Source: Eledone cirrhosa | Lineage: Eukaryota | NCBI GenBank assembly: GCA_964016885.1 | Contig: OZ024764.1 | Location: 27,528,001-27,592,000 of the forward strand | Length of the DNA stretch: 64,000 bases | Direction of reading: 5' to 3' | Part shown: positions 62,672 through 64,000 of the stretch, one piece after another | How the letters are laid out: each line of letters begins with the position of its first letter | Numbering within the stretch: position 1 is the first letter of the stretch | Translations under genes and position numbers: made by a program | Notes under the pieces: generated by a model | Database searches by the model: none | Seen by the model: only the letters and a program-made list of their open reading frames with translations | What the model was told of the DNA's origin: nothing

Positions 62672-64000
62672 TCAAACAGCAAAGTGCAAGAAGAGAAAAT
62701 TGTCGTGTACAGAACTGTGAATTAAGATTTAGAAGAGGATCAGATATGAGCTGCTCTAATTTACCAACTAGTAATGATAGCTGTTGTTTTGTGGGGGATT
62801 GAGGGCACACCACCTGTACAAAGAGATATTATCATCTTTCCTAAAGACCATCCTCCTCAGAAAATACCACATAATGCATGCCACTTGGACCTCATGACCG
62901 ACCGATAATGGTGAATTTTGGTGGCATAGTGCCATGGAGAGGAATGTAGGACCTGTGTTTGCAATAGACTGACAATGCAGGAGTATTACATATACTGTAT
63001 AGCATATAGAGGAGGATTTAGTGCGATATATAGGGCAGGTAAATTATTTTAGCAGTATTTAGTGGATGCCTATATGAAAGTAGAGGGATGCAGGCTTCAA
63101 TATTTGAGGAACAATCAAGCCCAATTGTGAGTGGATGAGTATAATGGTTTAATGAATTATCTAAACAGATGATAACACTGAGCCTTAAAAAATGAAGACA
63201 AGATAAGAAACAGAGAAGACATTGACAGAATCGTGTCAGCAGAAATACCTGCATTGGAAGATGATCCAGTACTACATGAGCAGGTTTAAAAGTTTATGAT
63301 CCACAGGCCATGTGGTTCTGGAAACCCTTTTCCCCCATTTATACAAAATGGATTTTTCAAAAAGAACTATCCAAAAACCTACAGAAGGGAAACATTATTG
63401 AACCTAAATGGATACCCAGAGTACAGGAGGTGCAAGACAGGAACTGCAGTGTAAATTGGATGACATTCAGTAGATAACAGGAATGTTGTGCCATTTAATG
63501 CCTTTTTGCTTAAGAAATATTGTGCACATATTAATGTTGAAGTTTGCGCTTCTGTAAAAAGTGTCAAGTACCTCTTTAAATATGTTACATGGGGCATGAT
63601 TGTACATCTATAGAAGTAACGAATAATGCATTACCTAATGAGGCTCAGAACCAACACAACCATGATGAAATAAGAACCTATCTTTGTTGCAGGTATGTGT
63701 CTCAGCCAGAAGCAGTGTCGTGTCTCTCGGAATTTAAGCTTCATGGTACATCACATACAGTATACAGCCTAGCCACACACCTGGAGAACAAACAGAGTTT
63801 ACTTTCAAAGAGGCAATGCTCAGGTTGTGGTAGAAATGCAGGGACCCTTGCTGCCTGGTTCAAGCTAAATGAACTTGCTTACACCTTCTGGGATGCCGCC
63901 TCACTAACTCCAATTATAACAGGATCAATAATAATGCTTCTATGGAATATTTCAATCCAGAACAGATTATGTAATGGCACAAGATTAGAAGTAGTAGAAC
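62672..64000 (+). pseudogene. Helitron copy H7 (continuation of H6; runs off the window end)
   Basis: Colinear with 7212-8542 of H1. Confidence 0.92.

Overview
Non-genic, repeat-saturated eukaryotic DNA. It is probably an octopus/cephalopod; this is inferred from recalled similarity of the tRNA-derived SINEs, the RTE LINE tail and a TTAA MITE, and was not verified by search. No intact host gene is supported. About 26 kb is a composite satellite in which blocks of a 46-bp monomer alternate with CT/GA-rich tracts built on GTTTCATCTC. It lies in both orientations, with an inversion point at about 28123. The rest is a mosaic of locally duplicated segments. These contain seven pieces (six loci) of the same decayed, internally deleted Helitron Rep/helicase, a degraded RTE LINE with an intact PHD finger, four different C-terminal remnants of CRE-like retrotransposons, fold-back/hAT and piggyBac-type MITEs, SINEs, a 55-bp VNTR and an 89-bp self-palindromic minisatellite. 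The most notable structure is a 2.6-kb insert (60064-62671) carrying a single satellite monomer that cleanly interrupts one Helitron copy. The same insert at the same site in a sister copy (from 16985) has expanded into a satellite array of about 19 kb, giving a snapshot of satellite birth. Several rearrangement junctions show microhomology or fold-back signatures.
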